Shown piece by piece: positions 51,908 through 62,188 of a stretch of DNA of 64,000 nucleotides (its first letter is position 1; each line of letters begins with the position of its first letter). A program made the translations under genes and the position numbers. The notes below the pieces were generated by a model, which was given only the letters and a program-made list of their open reading frames with translations, made no database searches and was not told where the DNA came from. The DNA lies in contig CAZQBL010000007.1 of assembly GCA_964592105.1 (NCBI GenBank), forward strand, positions 58,013-122,012. The letters are read 5' to 3'. This DNA is from an uncultured Gammaproteobacteria bacterium (lineage in GTDB: Bacteria; Patescibacteriota; Patescibacteriia; UBA10025; JAHIVO01).

Positions 51908-54900
51908 TCAATTCTCATCAACATTGATAATCCTGACCTGAGGCCCTCCAGAGCTTCTGGGTATAGTTAAAAGCTCGTCTGCTCCGTCGCCGTCAACATC
52001 ACCACCAGCTAGATTGACGCCTCCCAAAAAGTTGAAGGCATAGACATAGAACTGCTTTTGCATTATTGCCTTGATGTCATAGACCTTGACCAAAGGTTTA
52101 GCATTAAGGCCGACCCCCACCAGCAACTCTTTGGTGCCGTCACCGTTGGTATCGACTCCGGCTAAGGAGACACCACCGCGGTAATCAGCGGAAAAAGCGT
52201 AAAAGCCGGGTGATAAACGGTGAATATTACCCGCTCTTAGTTGAAAAATCTGGATGTGCGGAGCGCCGACTTCGGGGCCGGTCACTATCTCATCCCTGCC
52301 ATCGCCGTCAATGTCGGCTGTGGCAACTTTGATGCCACCCCTGAAATTCCTGTCATAAGCGAAAAAATTGACCCTGATATTGCCATACTGATCATAGACT
52401 AGGACATGGGGGCCGCCACCCTGGCTAGCAGCCACGATAATGTCTTTAACCCCATTGCCGTCGATATCGCCGCAGGAGAGGTTGGCGCCGCCGCTAAATT
52501 TACCGTCCAAGGCAAAAAAGCTAAGCGCAATTTCCTTGCCATAAGCGTTTAAAATTCTGATTTGCGGCCGACCACCTTTCCCGGGTACCGTAATGATCTC
52601 GTCCAAACCGTCGTTATTGACATCACAAGCCGTAACCCTGACTCCAGTGCGCAAAGTTGAGGAGTAGGCGTAAAATTGCGCTTTGACATTGCCCGCGCTG
52701 TCAAAAACTCTGACCTGAGGAGCCATGCCATGACCAGTACCGGTTACTATTTCATCGTTAGCTCCACTCAAAACATTTCCAGAAGCCATATAATAACCAC
52801 CGCGCATGGTCGAAGCATAGGCCATAAAACCGGTACTACTGGCCGTTTTTATGGAATCAACCGCAAAATTATTAGTTGTCTCTGGAGTCTTTTGTGAATA
52901 CTCATAATAAGTATCCGGAGTCGTGCCGCTGGAATCGGTAATACCCAAAGCGCGCTCGCGAGTAGATTTCTGTCCATCAACATTGACTACCGTCACGTCG
53001 TACCAACCTGCATTTAATTTTGACAAAGGTAATTTAACAGCCAAAGACGTGCCTGTTTGTACGTATGTTTTCTCTCCCTCAATATCCCCAAAAAAAGTTT
53101 TAGCACCATAGCGAAAGTTCGTGCCCTTGATCCCGACTTGCAAGCCCGAACCTTTGTCCCAAGAAGGATTCACCACGCTTGGCGAAACCGAGCTGACTGT
53201 GGGCGCGGGATCAGCGTATGGTGCCGTGCCGGTAATATCAATTTTTCTGATCATGTCATTCCAATTGTCAGTCACATACAGACTGTTTGTCACGGTGTCA
53301 ACCAAAAGTCCTTTGGGATTATTAAATTCCGCCGTGGTGCTGGCGCCATTCTTGAAACCACGCTGACCAGAACCGGCAATTAATTTGGAAAGTCCAGTTG
53401 AGGGGTTAAGCTGTCTAATACGCTGCGAACCGACCTCAGAAAAATATAGCATGTTGTCGGGACCCATTTTAACGTATTCAGGATAAGAAAGTACGGCGTT
53501 GGAACCAAGACCTTCTTGATAGCCGGCCGAACCGTTGCCTGCTAAGGTAGAAACTGCACCGGTGGCGATAACGATTTTTCTAATCCGATGATTATTAGAG
53601 TCAGCCACGTATAAATTGCTGCCTGAAGCGTCCATGGTAATGCCAAATGGCCTGTTAAATTTAGCCGCTGCACCAATACCGTCGGCAAAGCCAGCCTCAC
53701 CAGAACCAGCCACCAGCCAGGTTTGACCATCAGAAATTCGCACTTTACGAATACGATTATGACCAGTATCGGTAACATACAAATAAGTATTAGTAGGGTC
53801 GATAACCAAACCGGATGGAGTCTGAAAATAAGCGCAACCCGCCACCCCGGTCGATTCCTGGTCCGCGCATTTCACACCCTCCTGATAGCCGTTGTCTTCC
53901 GTGCCGGCTATATTTGGCAGACCAGCACCGCTAACCAAATAGCTGTATACTGGCGAGGCTTCCAGATTAATACCGCGAATTCTGTTATTCCATCGGTCAG
54001 CGATATAAAGCCTGGTGCCCGAAGAATTGATAACAATTCCCTGAATAGCGCTAAATCTGACCGGCCAGACAGGTGTAGTTGGTGAGTCCACCCCCTCATG
54101 ATAACCATCGACACTGTTACCAATTAAATGCGCTACTTCACGGGTAGCTACAGTAATACGTCTTATTTTATTATTGTCAGCAACGTAAATATACTTCCGA
54201 TCCGGACTCATGACCATGTCGTACGGCCGGCCGAACAGGGCCTCCGAGGCACTGCCGTTACGGTTCCCAAAACGCTCTTTACCGGCCACAAGGTTATTGT
54301 CATGCCAGTTATTTTTATTAAAACGATAAATATTGCCGTTGCCACCGAGATATAAATAATCGCCGGAAATTCTGATGCCGGAATCGACGTTCATGCCGAG
54401 CATTGAAGCGTCATAATAAAACTGCGAAGTTACTCTCGAAACTAGGTCAAGCTTGCGGATAATGCCAGTACGGGTTTGATCCTGGTCAACCACATAAATA
54501 ACATTGGCATCATCGTCAATTACAATCCCGCCCAAGTGATAAAACTGGGCTTCGGCAAAAGGGCCTTCCGCATAACCAGCCGTGCCACTGCCTATGGTAT
54601 CCTGAACTCTGCCACTGGTCGCCGACAATTTCAAAATACGGTAATGCCCGGCATCCAAAACATAAATAGAACTTCCGTCAGAGGTTATGTCCATTTTGGT
54701 TGGAGCGGAGAGGTCCGTACTGTTAAGCGTGATCATGGTACCGGTGGACAAAGTAAATCTTTTCAAAGCATTGCTTCCGGAATCAAGAATATACAGATAA
54801 TCACCGTAAACAGCAATACCAATCGGCGCCTTCAGTTGGTCAGCCGTTACGACGGTGGAAACTATACCACCGGCAATTTTTCGAATGGTGTGACTTGAAC

Positions 54901-55264
54901 TATCAGAAACATAAATCTCTCCCCCGCCGCCGATGGCTATACCTTTGGGCAGGGCAAACTCGGCCTGGGTGACGGCACCGTCCGTGTTGCCATAACTACC
55001 AGTACCGGCCAAGGTGGAGATAATGCCGCTATTATCAATGGCCCGAATGACGTTATTATAGGTATCGGCAATGTACATGGTGCCACCTGAATCAAAAACC
55101 AAATCCTCGGGAAAATCCAGATAGGCGCTAACGGCCTGACCGCCGTCACCGTCATACAATTTGCCCAAGTACGTGGTTACATCACCGTACGCGGCCTGAG
55201 CGCTGGGCGCGTACAAAGACAACATGGCTACCAAACTTAAAATAGTAATGATTTTTTTAGCCAT
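51908..55264 (-). CDS. Secreted NHL-repeat + IPT/TIG + FG-GAP-repeat surface protein
   Basis: Signal peptide; many YVAD..N.RIR..AG.G..G..DG NHL repeats; PTVSSVSP IPT domain; D.DGDG.DE repeats. Confidence 0.9.
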   Translation of the reverse strand: MAKKIITILSLVAMLSLYAPSAQAAYGDVTTYLGKLYDGDGGQAVSAYLDFPEDLVFDSGGTMYIADTYNNVIRAIDNSGIISTLAGTGSYGNTDGAVTQAEFALPKGIAIGGGGEIYVSDSSSHTIRKIAGGIVSTVVTADQLKAPIGIAVYGDYLYILDSGSNALKRFTLSTGTMITLNSTDLSAPTKMDITSDGSSIYVLDAGHYRILKLSATSGRVQDTIGSGTAGYAEGPFAEAQFYHLGGIVIDDDANVIYVVDQDQTRTGIIRKLDLVSRVTSQFYYDASMLGMNVDSGIRISGDYLYLGGNGNIYRFNKNNWHDNNLVAGKERFGNRNGSASEALFGRPYDMVMSPDRKYIYVADNNKIRRITVATREVAHLIGNSVDGYHEGVDSPTTPVWPVRFSAIQGIVINSSGTRLYIADRWNNRIRGINLEASPVYSYLVSGAGLPNIAGTEDNGYQEGVKCADQESTGVAGCAYFQTPSGLVIDPTNTYLYVTDTGHNRIRKVRISDGQTWLVAGSGEAGFADGIGAAAKFNRPFGITMDASGSNLYVADSNNHRIRKIVIATGAVSTLAGNGSAGYQEGLGSNAVLSYPEYVKMGPDNMLYFSEVGSQRIRQLNPSTGLSKLIAGSGQRGFKNGASTTAEFNNPKGLLVDTVTNSLYVTDNWNDMIRKIDITGTAPYADPAPTVSSVSPSVVNPSWDKGSGLQVGIKGTNFRYGAKTFFGDIEGEKTYVQTGTSLAVKLPLSKLNAGWYDVTVVNVDGQKSTRERALGITDSSGTTPDTYYEYSQKTPETTNNFAVDSIKTASSTGFMAYASTMRGGYYMASGNVLSGANDEIVTGTGHGMAPQVRVFDSAGNVKAQFYAYSSTLRTGVRVTACDVNNDGLDEIITVPGKGGRPQIRILNAYGKEIALSFFALDGKFSGGANLSCGDIDGNGVKDIIVAASQGGGPHVLVYDQYGNIRVNFFAYDRNFRGGIKVATADIDGDGRDEIVTGPEVGAPHIQIFQLRAGNIHRLSPGFYAFSADYRGGVSLAGVDTNGDGTKELLVGVGLNAKPLVKVYDIKAIMQKQFYVYAFNFLGGVNLAGGDVDGDGADELLTIPRSSGGPQVRIINVDEN

Positions 55265-56480
55265 ATGTTTTTATTATTAATAAACTTTGCCAATTAATTA
55301 TCAATAAAAACATTATTAGAGCGGCGCTTCCCCATTTTTTCAAAAATCGTGGCAACAACTGCAACAAGCCGACCGCCATGATCAAACCGTAAATGCCGAT
55401 AATCGAAAACATATACCTACCCTGGGGCTGGTAAAAACTCAAATTATAACCGAAAACTCCGACTAGAATAACAGCCGCCAAAATAATCATCAAAAGTATT
55501 GACGCCCGCCTGTCCTTATCCATAATTTTGAATTTATTAAATAAGAAAGCAATAAAACCGATTATGGCTAGCAGCCCCAACACCTCCACAATTACATAAT
55601 AGACCCTCGGCAAAGCCAGATCAAAATACCCAAACCTGGCCCAAAAACTTTCATATAACGTTTTCAGCCAATTCCAAATGCCTGATAAATTTAAAAAATC
55701 CCGGTGCTGCTCTGAATACCACAAATCTTTCAAATAATTAAAACCAGTCAAACTGCCGTAAAGCCTCTGGTTCCTTGCCAGCCACCAAACCATGACCGCG
55801 TACAATGGAGAAAAAACCAACAAGCTGTGCAACAACTGTTTTTTTCCTGATCTCCAAAGAGCTGTTATAAAAAGGACTGACACGAATGGCCATAAAACCG
55901 TTTTTGTAAGAAAAGCGGCTGTTCCGACCAGGCAAAAAACAAGCGTCCGGACCCAATTCCAACCTCCTTTGACGATGAACAAAATCAACAACAACAGACA
56001 CAAAGCTGCCAACATATTGGTCAGAACATCGTTATTAATAATTCCCGACATATAAATGAACTGGGGATTCAGGGCAACCAGAGCTGTGGCCGTCAAAGAT
56101 ATCAAGTCATTACCCAAAAATAACTTGCGCATCATAAAATAAGTCATGATAATTACGGTGCTGGATATTATCAGTCCGAAGAACCGCAGGGCCACTACGC
56201 TCCCCCGTTCTGACCATGATTTTGTCAGTTGGTAAATCGGCTGAACTAACCAGTAATACAATGGCGGCTGGTGCGATTCTTTGGTTACCTTTTCTGAAGT
56301 TATGACGGGTAATTTGCCGGTCTGACCGACAGTTTTTACATAATAGTAATGCATACGTTCATCCGGCGCCTTAAAAGTATTGGTGAATAAAATGAACAAA
56401 GAACCAAAACCAAGATATAAAAGTAAAAACAAAACAAAGGTGATGACTGAGTAGTTTTTCCGTATATATTGAATCGTCAC
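55257..56480 (-). CDS. GT-C (GT39/DUF2142-like) membrane glycosyltransferase
   Basis: PDERMHY, HQPPLYY, INND, SFWARFG, QGRY; multi-TM; overlaps the NHL gene start. Confidence 0.85.
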   Translation of the reverse strand: MTIQYIRKNYSVITFVLFLLLYLGFGSLFILFTNTFKAPDERMHYYYVKTVGQTGKLPVITSEKVTKESHQPPLYYWLVQPIYQLTKSWSERGSVVALRFFGLIISSTVIIMTYFMMRKLFLGNDLISLTATALVALNPQFIYMSGIINNDVLTNMLAALCLLLLILFIVKGGWNWVRTLVFCLVGTAAFLTKTVLWPFVSVLFITALWRSGKKQLLHSLLVFSPLYAVMVWWLARNQRLYGSLTGFNYLKDLWYSEQHRDFLNLSGIWNWLKTLYESFWARFGYFDLALPRVYYVIVEVLGLLAIIGFIAFLFNKFKIMDKDRRASILLMIILAAVILVGVFGYNLSFYQPQGRYMFSIIGIYGLIMAVGLLQLLPRFLKKWGSAALIMFLLIINWQSLLIIKTYG

Positions 56481-56716
56481 AAGTGAAAAAAATAATTACG
56501 GGTTACACAAAAACTAGCCCTGGTTAATCCGGTGCTTGTGTCGTATTTATTATAAATACTTGTCATAATATAATTTTTTTTGATTTTTGTTTTTCGTTTA
56601 ACTAATACTATTATATCATAAAAAAAGAGTTTTAGCAAGGTCGCCTTGCTTATTTTTATTTGTTAAAAACTTTTTAAAATTGTTCATTCCATAAATTACA
56701 AATAATGGTGGGCGAT

Positions 56717-56750
56717 AAAAAAGGGGCCGCACGTTTTTCGTGTGACCCCG
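56717..56750 (-). terminator. Probable terminator of the SPFH operon
   Basis: ggggccgcacg...cgtgtgacccc hairpin next to an A6 tract. Confidence 0.6.
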
Positions 56751-56756
56751 TAAGGT

Positions 56757-57482
56757 TCAGGTGTCGCAGTAGACAGTGAAAATAAAAGGATAGTCTTCCT
56801 CGGCATCGTAAATAAACACTCTTGCTATCTCGGTTTTTTTAGTCATCGGAGGAAAATAAAGTTGCGCCCTGATTGTCTGATCATGATTCAACAACAGCTT
56901 TTCGTTAATGGGCACTATGTCAATAGATTTGAGGTACAAAACCTTGCCATGACCATAGATAATATGAGTTCTCTGGTCTGCGCTGACATACACCTTCGAT
57001 GTCCGCGGATTGCTCCAGGATACCGTTACTCTGGTGAATTCTGTTGTCATTTTTATTTCCTCAAATTTCAGTGTGTAGTTTTTAGCCTGAGGGGTAACAA
57101 TGTGCTGTCTGACAATTACTGTTTTTTCAGAAACTGGACGAGAACCACTTATATCCTCAAGTAGATGCCCGCCGTATTTCACAACCACCCATCCCACAAT
57201 TACTATAATAGCAATCGTGAATAGAGTGGAAATGATTCTGGAAACTCCGGATTTCTTTGAGACCCGGACACCAGATGCCGGGGCAGATTTCCTGGCTCCC
57301 ATCTCGGGTTTGGCCAACGGCTTTTTTTCTTTTGACTCAATTTCCTCAAGATCGGCCGCCCACTGTTTAGCAAACAGTGAAAAGCCGCCAATCACAAGTG
57401 AAGTAAAGAGGAGGCCAGTTATGACCAACACTGGGAAGGGTAATTGCCAAACTTCTTTGAATAATCTAAATAATTCTGCCAT
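56757..57482 (-). CDS. Two-TM protein with a C-terminal beta-sandwich-like domain
   Basis: GGAGG SD, 9 nt after the SPFH stop; two hydrophobic segments. Confidence 0.75.
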   Translation of the reverse strand: MAELFRLFKEVWQLPFPVLVITGLLFTSLVIGGFSLFAKQWAADLEEIESKEKKPLAKPEMGARKSAPASGVRVSKKSGVSRIISTLFTIAIIVIVGWVVVKYGGHLLEDISGSRPVSEKTVIVRQHIVTPQAKNYTLKFEEIKMTTEFTRVTVSWSNPRTSKVYVSADQRTHIIYGHGKVLYLKSIDIVPINEKLLLNHDQTIRAQLYFPPMTKKTEIARVFIYDAEEDYPFIFTVYCDT

Positions 57483-57491
57483 GGCTCCTCC

Positions 57492-59099
57492 TTATGCCTT
57501 GTTACCAAGTCCGAGAAGATTCAAAATCTTATCGATATCCGGTACAGCGACAAGGTTAATACTCGTGCCCTGCAAGGCCTTGGCCATTTCAGCCAATGGT
57601 TTATCGCCAAAGACTAGAAACTTAAGGTAAGGCCCCACCTTCTTCACATCATCATCAGTAATCTTAGCCATGGCTTGACTCTTGGCTTCAAATTCGGCCA
57701 AGATCTTCGCCTTATTGGCTTCTGCCTCACCCCGACCTTTCAGTATAATCGCTGCTTTTTCGCCTTCAGCCTCCTTAATTCTGGCCTTGGCTTCAAAAGC
57801 TTTCTGATCAATCTGGACCTTTGAAATGGCCTTCTTGTCTAGTGCCGAAACCATGGCTTCGGTGGGTTTTACGCCCCTGACCACTACGCGTTCAAACTTA
57901 ATACCCAAATACTGCAAATCATCCTTGAGTATCTGGTTTAGCTCTTCAGAAAGCCCGTCACGCATTGTCAGGGCTTCCTCCAGACTGCCAATCCCACTGG
58001 CGACGTAGGCCCGGACAAACGAGGCCACCTTATCACCGATGAGACCCAACATCAGTTTTGAACTACCATCTTCGGAAATACGGGTCGTTTCTTCCAGTTT
58101 TGCCTTGATATCCCAGTACGAGGTTCCTAGTTCCGTGACCACGTCCCAAATCTTATCAAAGTGATAAGCAATGGAGGTGTCCACCTCAATCGATTGCGAT
58201 TCATCACCGATGATTATCACGTTCTCCGGAACCATATCATAGTACTGCACGGCTAGAGGGAGTTTAACTAATGAACCTAATTTCCAGGGCACCAAATGAG
58301 GTCCACGATCAACTTCTTCATAGGGCATACCCATAAAAAATTTGATGCCTTTTTCGGTGTTTCCGACCAACCTGATACTTAAAAACAGGTAAAAAAATCC
58401 AGCCGTGCCAAAGAATATCAAAAAAATCAAGGTGTAGGGACCAAAAACCCAATCGGTCTTTTCCAGTCTTAACACAAACCATATTAAAGCGGAGATAATA
58501 ACCAGAACCCCGGCAATCATTATTGGAAATAGCCCCTTTTTTACGTACTCACGTTGGGCCTCCCTTTTTTCTTTCTTCAACTTACGGAAGCCCTCGATTT
58601 CAACTACTGTCTTTGCTCCACTGATACCGGTACTGGTAATCGTTCCGCCTTCACGGTACGCTTCCATAACATTCTCGTTAAATTTCTCCAGCTCACTTTG
58701 GCAGTCTGCTATCTCTTTTTCAAGTTTGGTAATTGCGACGGAGTCTGACTTTCTCCTTTTTTCTTTTTTTAGGGCCTTCTTTCTTCGGAGCTCATTATTC
58801 AGTTTTCTCTTGGACTCAAACAATTTTTTTCTTAGCAAATCGTAATTTTTCTGCTCCTTTCGAAACCCCCGTTCCAGCTCAAGAATTTTATCATTCGTAT
58901 CTTTGATGGCCTTTTTGCCTAGTAGAGCCACCTTCCACCAATGAATAATCGCAGTAATTGAAAACAGTACAACATTCATCAAAAGATAGACCGGCCAGCA
59001 CCAGTCACAGCCGGTAGCAATAACTCCAATTAACCCAATGGCTGAAAGGGCAATAGCTACCCAGAAAAACGACTTGAAGAACTTATTTAAAGCTTCCAT
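57492..59099 (-). CDS. SPFH/band-7 protein with an extra N-terminal TM-coiled-coil-TM module
   Basis: EKGIKFFMG...GPHLVPW, VDTSIAY, LGIKFERVVV, AEGEK.A.IL.GRGEAEA. Confidence 0.85.
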   Translation of the reverse strand: MEALNKFFKSFFWVAIALSAIGLIGVIATGCDWCWPVYLLMNVVLFSITAIIHWWKVALLGKKAIKDTNDKILELERGFRKEQKNYDLLRKKLFESKRKLNNELRRKKALKKEKRRKSDSVAITKLEKEIADCQSELEKFNENVMEAYREGGTITSTGISGAKTVVEIEGFRKLKKEKREAQREYVKKGLFPIMIAGVLVIISALIWFVLRLEKTDWVFGPYTLIFLIFFGTAGFFYLFLSIRLVGNTEKGIKFFMGMPYEEVDRGPHLVPWKLGSLVKLPLAVQYYDMVPENVIIIGDESQSIEVDTSIAYHFDKIWDVVTELGTSYWDIKAKLEETTRISEDGSSKLMLGLIGDKVASFVRAYVASGIGSLEEALTMRDGLSEELNQILKDDLQYLGIKFERVVVRGVKPTEAMVSALDKKAISKVQIDQKAFEAKARIKEAEGEKAAIILKGRGEAEANKAKILAEFEAKSQAMAKITDDDVKKVGPYLKFLVFGDKPLAEMAKALQGTSINLVAVPDIDKILNLLGLGNKA

Positions 59100-59424
59100 A
59101 ACTTCCTCCTTTAAAGGAATTATTGTTTTATTATTGTTTTATTTACTTTTCAATGATCTTTCCTTAACACCTTAACCCCAAGTGTGCCTGTTTGCGCTTG
59201 CTTGATAATTTACACCAAGAGTAAATTATCAGAGCCTACAATATTACACCATTTTGACGATTTTGTCAAGTCCACTTTAAAAAATACTTATCAACAAGCG
59301 GAAAATTATGAAAAAATAATCTAATTTACCACCTTGACAATATAAATCACCTATACTAGGCTTGTTTAAAAAGCCAATCAACAAAAAAATAACAAGAATC
59401 GAACTTTGAAAAAAGGAGGAGAAA

Positions 59425-59859
59425 ATGAAAACCTATGATGATATGACTCCAGGATTTGTCTTTAGTTTGTCGGCGATAATTTTTGTAATTTCGTTTACGT
59501 TCCTAATTTCCTACCTAACTTTCTACGACTCGACTCGAGATTACGTGGTGATAAAATACGAGATAATCAATCCTGGTGGTTTTCAGAACAAAGTAAAAGC
59601 AGCAGGATATCTAGGAGCTTTTATCTATAATCGTATTAAAACAAAACCAGAACTGGCAAGATTTAATAAAAAAATTCATTGTCGGCGCCTCTCTTCAGAC
59701 TTAGAATTTCATTTCCAACGTGAATTCAAAGATTATGAAGAGGCGCTAAACTGGACACAAGAAGCAGAAAAAGAAATTGATAAATTACTATCAGAGAACC
59801 AATCTTACCTCAAACTAGTAAACATAAAACCTCCTGTCCACAAAATAGAATTAAGATAA
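59425..59859 (+). CDS. Hypothetical single-TM protein
   Basis: TTGACA-17-TATACT-like promoter, AAGGAGG SD and a downstream terminator. Confidence 0.75.
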   Translation: MKTYDDMTPGFVFSLSAIIFVISFTFLISYLTFYDSTRDYVVIKYEIINPGGFQNKVKAAGYLGAFIYNRIKTKPELARFNKKIHCRRLSSDLEFHFQREFKDYEEALNWTQEAEKEIDKLLSENQSYLKLVNIKPPVHKIELR

Positions 59860-59872
59860 CTTAGTTTTGCTT

Positions 59873-59900
59873 AAGCCTCTTATTTTAATAAGGGGCTTTG
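59873..59900. terminator. Terminator between convergent genes
   Basis: aagcctcttatt-tt-aataaggggctt. Confidence 0.65.
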
Positions 59901-59917
59901 GTTTTTCCTGCCCATCG

Positions 59918-60778
59918 CTATCTCTTTAACGTCCGCCCATCACTTATCATCTCAACATCACCCTCTTTATCATTTCTCAAAATTTGAACCCCCAAGCCAT
60001 TCAATTTATTCAAGGTAATTTTATGAGGATGGCCGAATTTGTTATCCTGGCCGACCTGAATAACCGCGTACTGCGGGCAAACTGCTTTCAAAAACTCCAT
60101 TGACGACGAATACTTGCTGCCGTGATGTCCGACTTTCAAAACATCGCTTTTTAATTCTGCTGGCTTTTGCCTTAACAGTTGTCTTTCAACTGTCTCGGGT
60201 GCATCACCGGTAAAAAGGAATGAAGTATCCTGATATTCCAGACGGGTAACTATCGAAGTATCATTAAGATCCTTAAATTCTTTTTGACTGATATCCTCAA
60301 ATGGATATAAAATTTCCAAATCCGCCTCGCCAAACTTATAAACCTGACCGGCCGCTGGTTTAACCATGGCGATTCCTTTTTGGGAAATCAAATCTCGCCA
60401 TTCCCTAAAATCCGCAGAACTGCTGGCCACTTCAGTGTATAAAACTTTTTCAACCTTGTAGCGCTTGACCACCTCAACCAAGCCGGCCACATGATCGGAG
60501 TGCGCGTGAGTCAGAATCATCAAATCTATGGTGTGATCATAAAAAGGCAGAGCTCTGCCCAGTTTGCTCAGCACCGACGAATCAGGTCCGCCGTCAATCA
60601 AGATATTCTGATGCGACGGAGTTCTGATAAAGATACTGTCACCCTGACCGATATCGAAAAAATACACCTTTAACCGGCTGTCCTGCTCATTAAAATAAAC
60701 TGAAAAAAGCAGAAAAGCCGAAATTATCAGTAAGCCGATTAAACCTGCAAGTATTTTTTTGTTTCTCGTTTTGGTCAT
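59918..60778 (-). CDS. ComEC C-terminal metallo-beta-lactamase-fold nuclease (stand-alone)
   Basis: DIGQGDS, THAHSDH, FTGD, KVGHHGS, FGHPH. Confidence 0.92.
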   Translation of the reverse strand: MTKTRNKKILAGLIGLLIISAFLLFSVYFNEQDSRLKVYFFDIGQGDSIFIRTPSHQNILIDGGPDSSVLSKLGRALPFYDHTIDLMILTHAHSDHVAGLVEVVKRYKVEKVLYTEVASSSADFREWRDLISQKGIAMVKPAAGQVYKFGEADLEILYPFEDISQKEFKDLNDTSIVTRLEYQDTSFLFTGDAPETVERQLLRQKPAELKSDVLKVGHHGSKYSSSMEFLKAVCPQYAVIQVGQDNKFGHPHKITLNKLNGLGVQILRNDKEGDVEMISDGRTLKR

Positions 60779-60875
60779 TGACCTGTAAAAAGATAAATGC
60801 TAAACTAACAAAACCTTTGCTATTTGAAAATTTACTAATATAAACCCCAAACTTTCAAAAAATAAGGAGGACGTT

Positions 60876-62045
60876 TTGAGCAAAATTACCCTCACTGCCA
60901 TCAAGGCAGACATCGGCAGCATCGGCGGACACATAAAACCCTCACAAGCAATTCTGGAAGCGGTCAGAACGGCTATTGGCGAAGAAAAGGCGATAACAGA
61001 CTTCCGCATCACCTACACTGGCGACGATATCCTGATACTCATGGCGCATCATGAAGGGATCAACAGCTGGGTTATCCATGCGGCCGCCGATCGTGTTTTC
61101 CGCCAAGCCACGGAAATTGCCAAACGACAGGGCTTGTACGGGGCCGGTCAGGACCTTTTGACCGACGCTTTTTCCGGAAATGTCAAAGGTGCGGGTCCCG
61201 GAATCGCCGAGATGGAATTCGAGGAAAGGCCAAATGAGGCCTTTATCGTCTTCGCCGCGGACAAAACCGATCCCGGTGCTTACAATCTGCCTTTGTACCT
61301 GGCTTTCGCCGATCCCATGTACAACGCCGGCTTACTACTGACCGCGCACATGCAAAAAGGCTTCACTTTTTCCATCATCGACGTCAATTACGCGGAATGC
61401 AAGCAATGCGGAAAATTCCATTTTACCGATCAGCGCTGCGCTGAGGCCACGGCTAACAACCCCAAAGGCGACCGGCTCATAAAACTGTCGGCGCCCGAGG
61501 ACATCTACAAAATCGCCGCTCTGCTCCGCGACGGCGAAAGATTCGCCATCCAGTCCATCCATTCCCGATATGATGGTTCCCAAGCTGCCTCTGTCTCCAC
61601 CACCCGGCTCCACAACATCGCCGGCAAATACACAGGTAAGGACGATCCGTGCGCCATTGTTCGGGTCCAAGGCTCATTTCCAGCGACGGGAGAAGTGCTT
61701 TCCCCCTTTGCTCTGGGACATTTGGTGGGCGGCTTCATGCGCGGTTCGCATAACGGCCCGCTGATGCCGGTAAAACAAAATGAGATTATTTCCTTTTTCG
61801 ACGGCCCGCCGATTGTTTCCTGCGCCGCTTACTGCGTCAAGGACGGCAAGCTGACCGAAGCTGTTGATGTTTTTGACCACCCCGTATGGCACTATATCCG
61901 CCAGGAAGTTGCCCGCAAGTCAGTGGATATCAGACGTCAAGGATTCTTCGGTGCGGCCATGCTGCCCATGACCGAGCTTGAATATGGCGGCATTGTCGCC
62001 ATCCTCCAATCTCTTGACACACAGTTTGAGATTGTTCCAAGCTAA
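60876..62045 (+). CDS. fbp: Bifunctional fructose-1,6-bisphosphate aldolase/phosphatase (class V, archaeal type)
   Basis: IKADIGSIGGH, GDD, GLYGAGQDLL, ADKTDPG, YTGKDDP, MRGSH, ELEY; TTG start with SD. Confidence 0.96.
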   Translation: MSKITLTAIKADIGSIGGHIKPSQAILEAVRTAIGEEKAITDFRITYTGDDILILMAHHEGINSWVIHAAADRVFRQATEIAKRQGLYGAGQDLLTDAFSGNVKGAGPGIAEMEFEERPNEAFIVFAADKTDPGAYNLPLYLAFADPMYNAGLLLTAHMQKGFTFSIIDVNYAECKQCGKFHFTDQRCAEATANNPKGDRLIKLSAPEDIYKIAALLRDGERFAIQSIHSRYDGSQAASVSTTRLHNIAGKYTGKDDPCAIVRVQGSFPATGEVLSPFALGHLVGGFMRGSHNGPLMPVKQNEIISFFDGPPIVSCAAYCVKDGKLTEAVDVFDHPVWHYIRQEVARKSVDIRRQGFFGAAMLPMTELEYGGIVAILQSLDTQFEIVPS

Positions 62046-62063
62046 AAAAACACTCCATTATTA

Positions 62064-62093
62064 AATCGCTGGTATTTTACCGGCGGTTTTTTG
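62064..62093 (+). terminator. Terminator of fbp
   Basis: aaatcgctggta-ttt-taccggcggttt plus a T tract. Confidence 0.7.
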
Positions 62094-62188
62094 TCTGCTT
62101 AGCAAAATTTACGAGCCGAAGTAAATAAAATAAATTAAAAATCGGTCATGAAAATTTTGTAAAGGCAAACAATCCCGCTTATCGAGTT

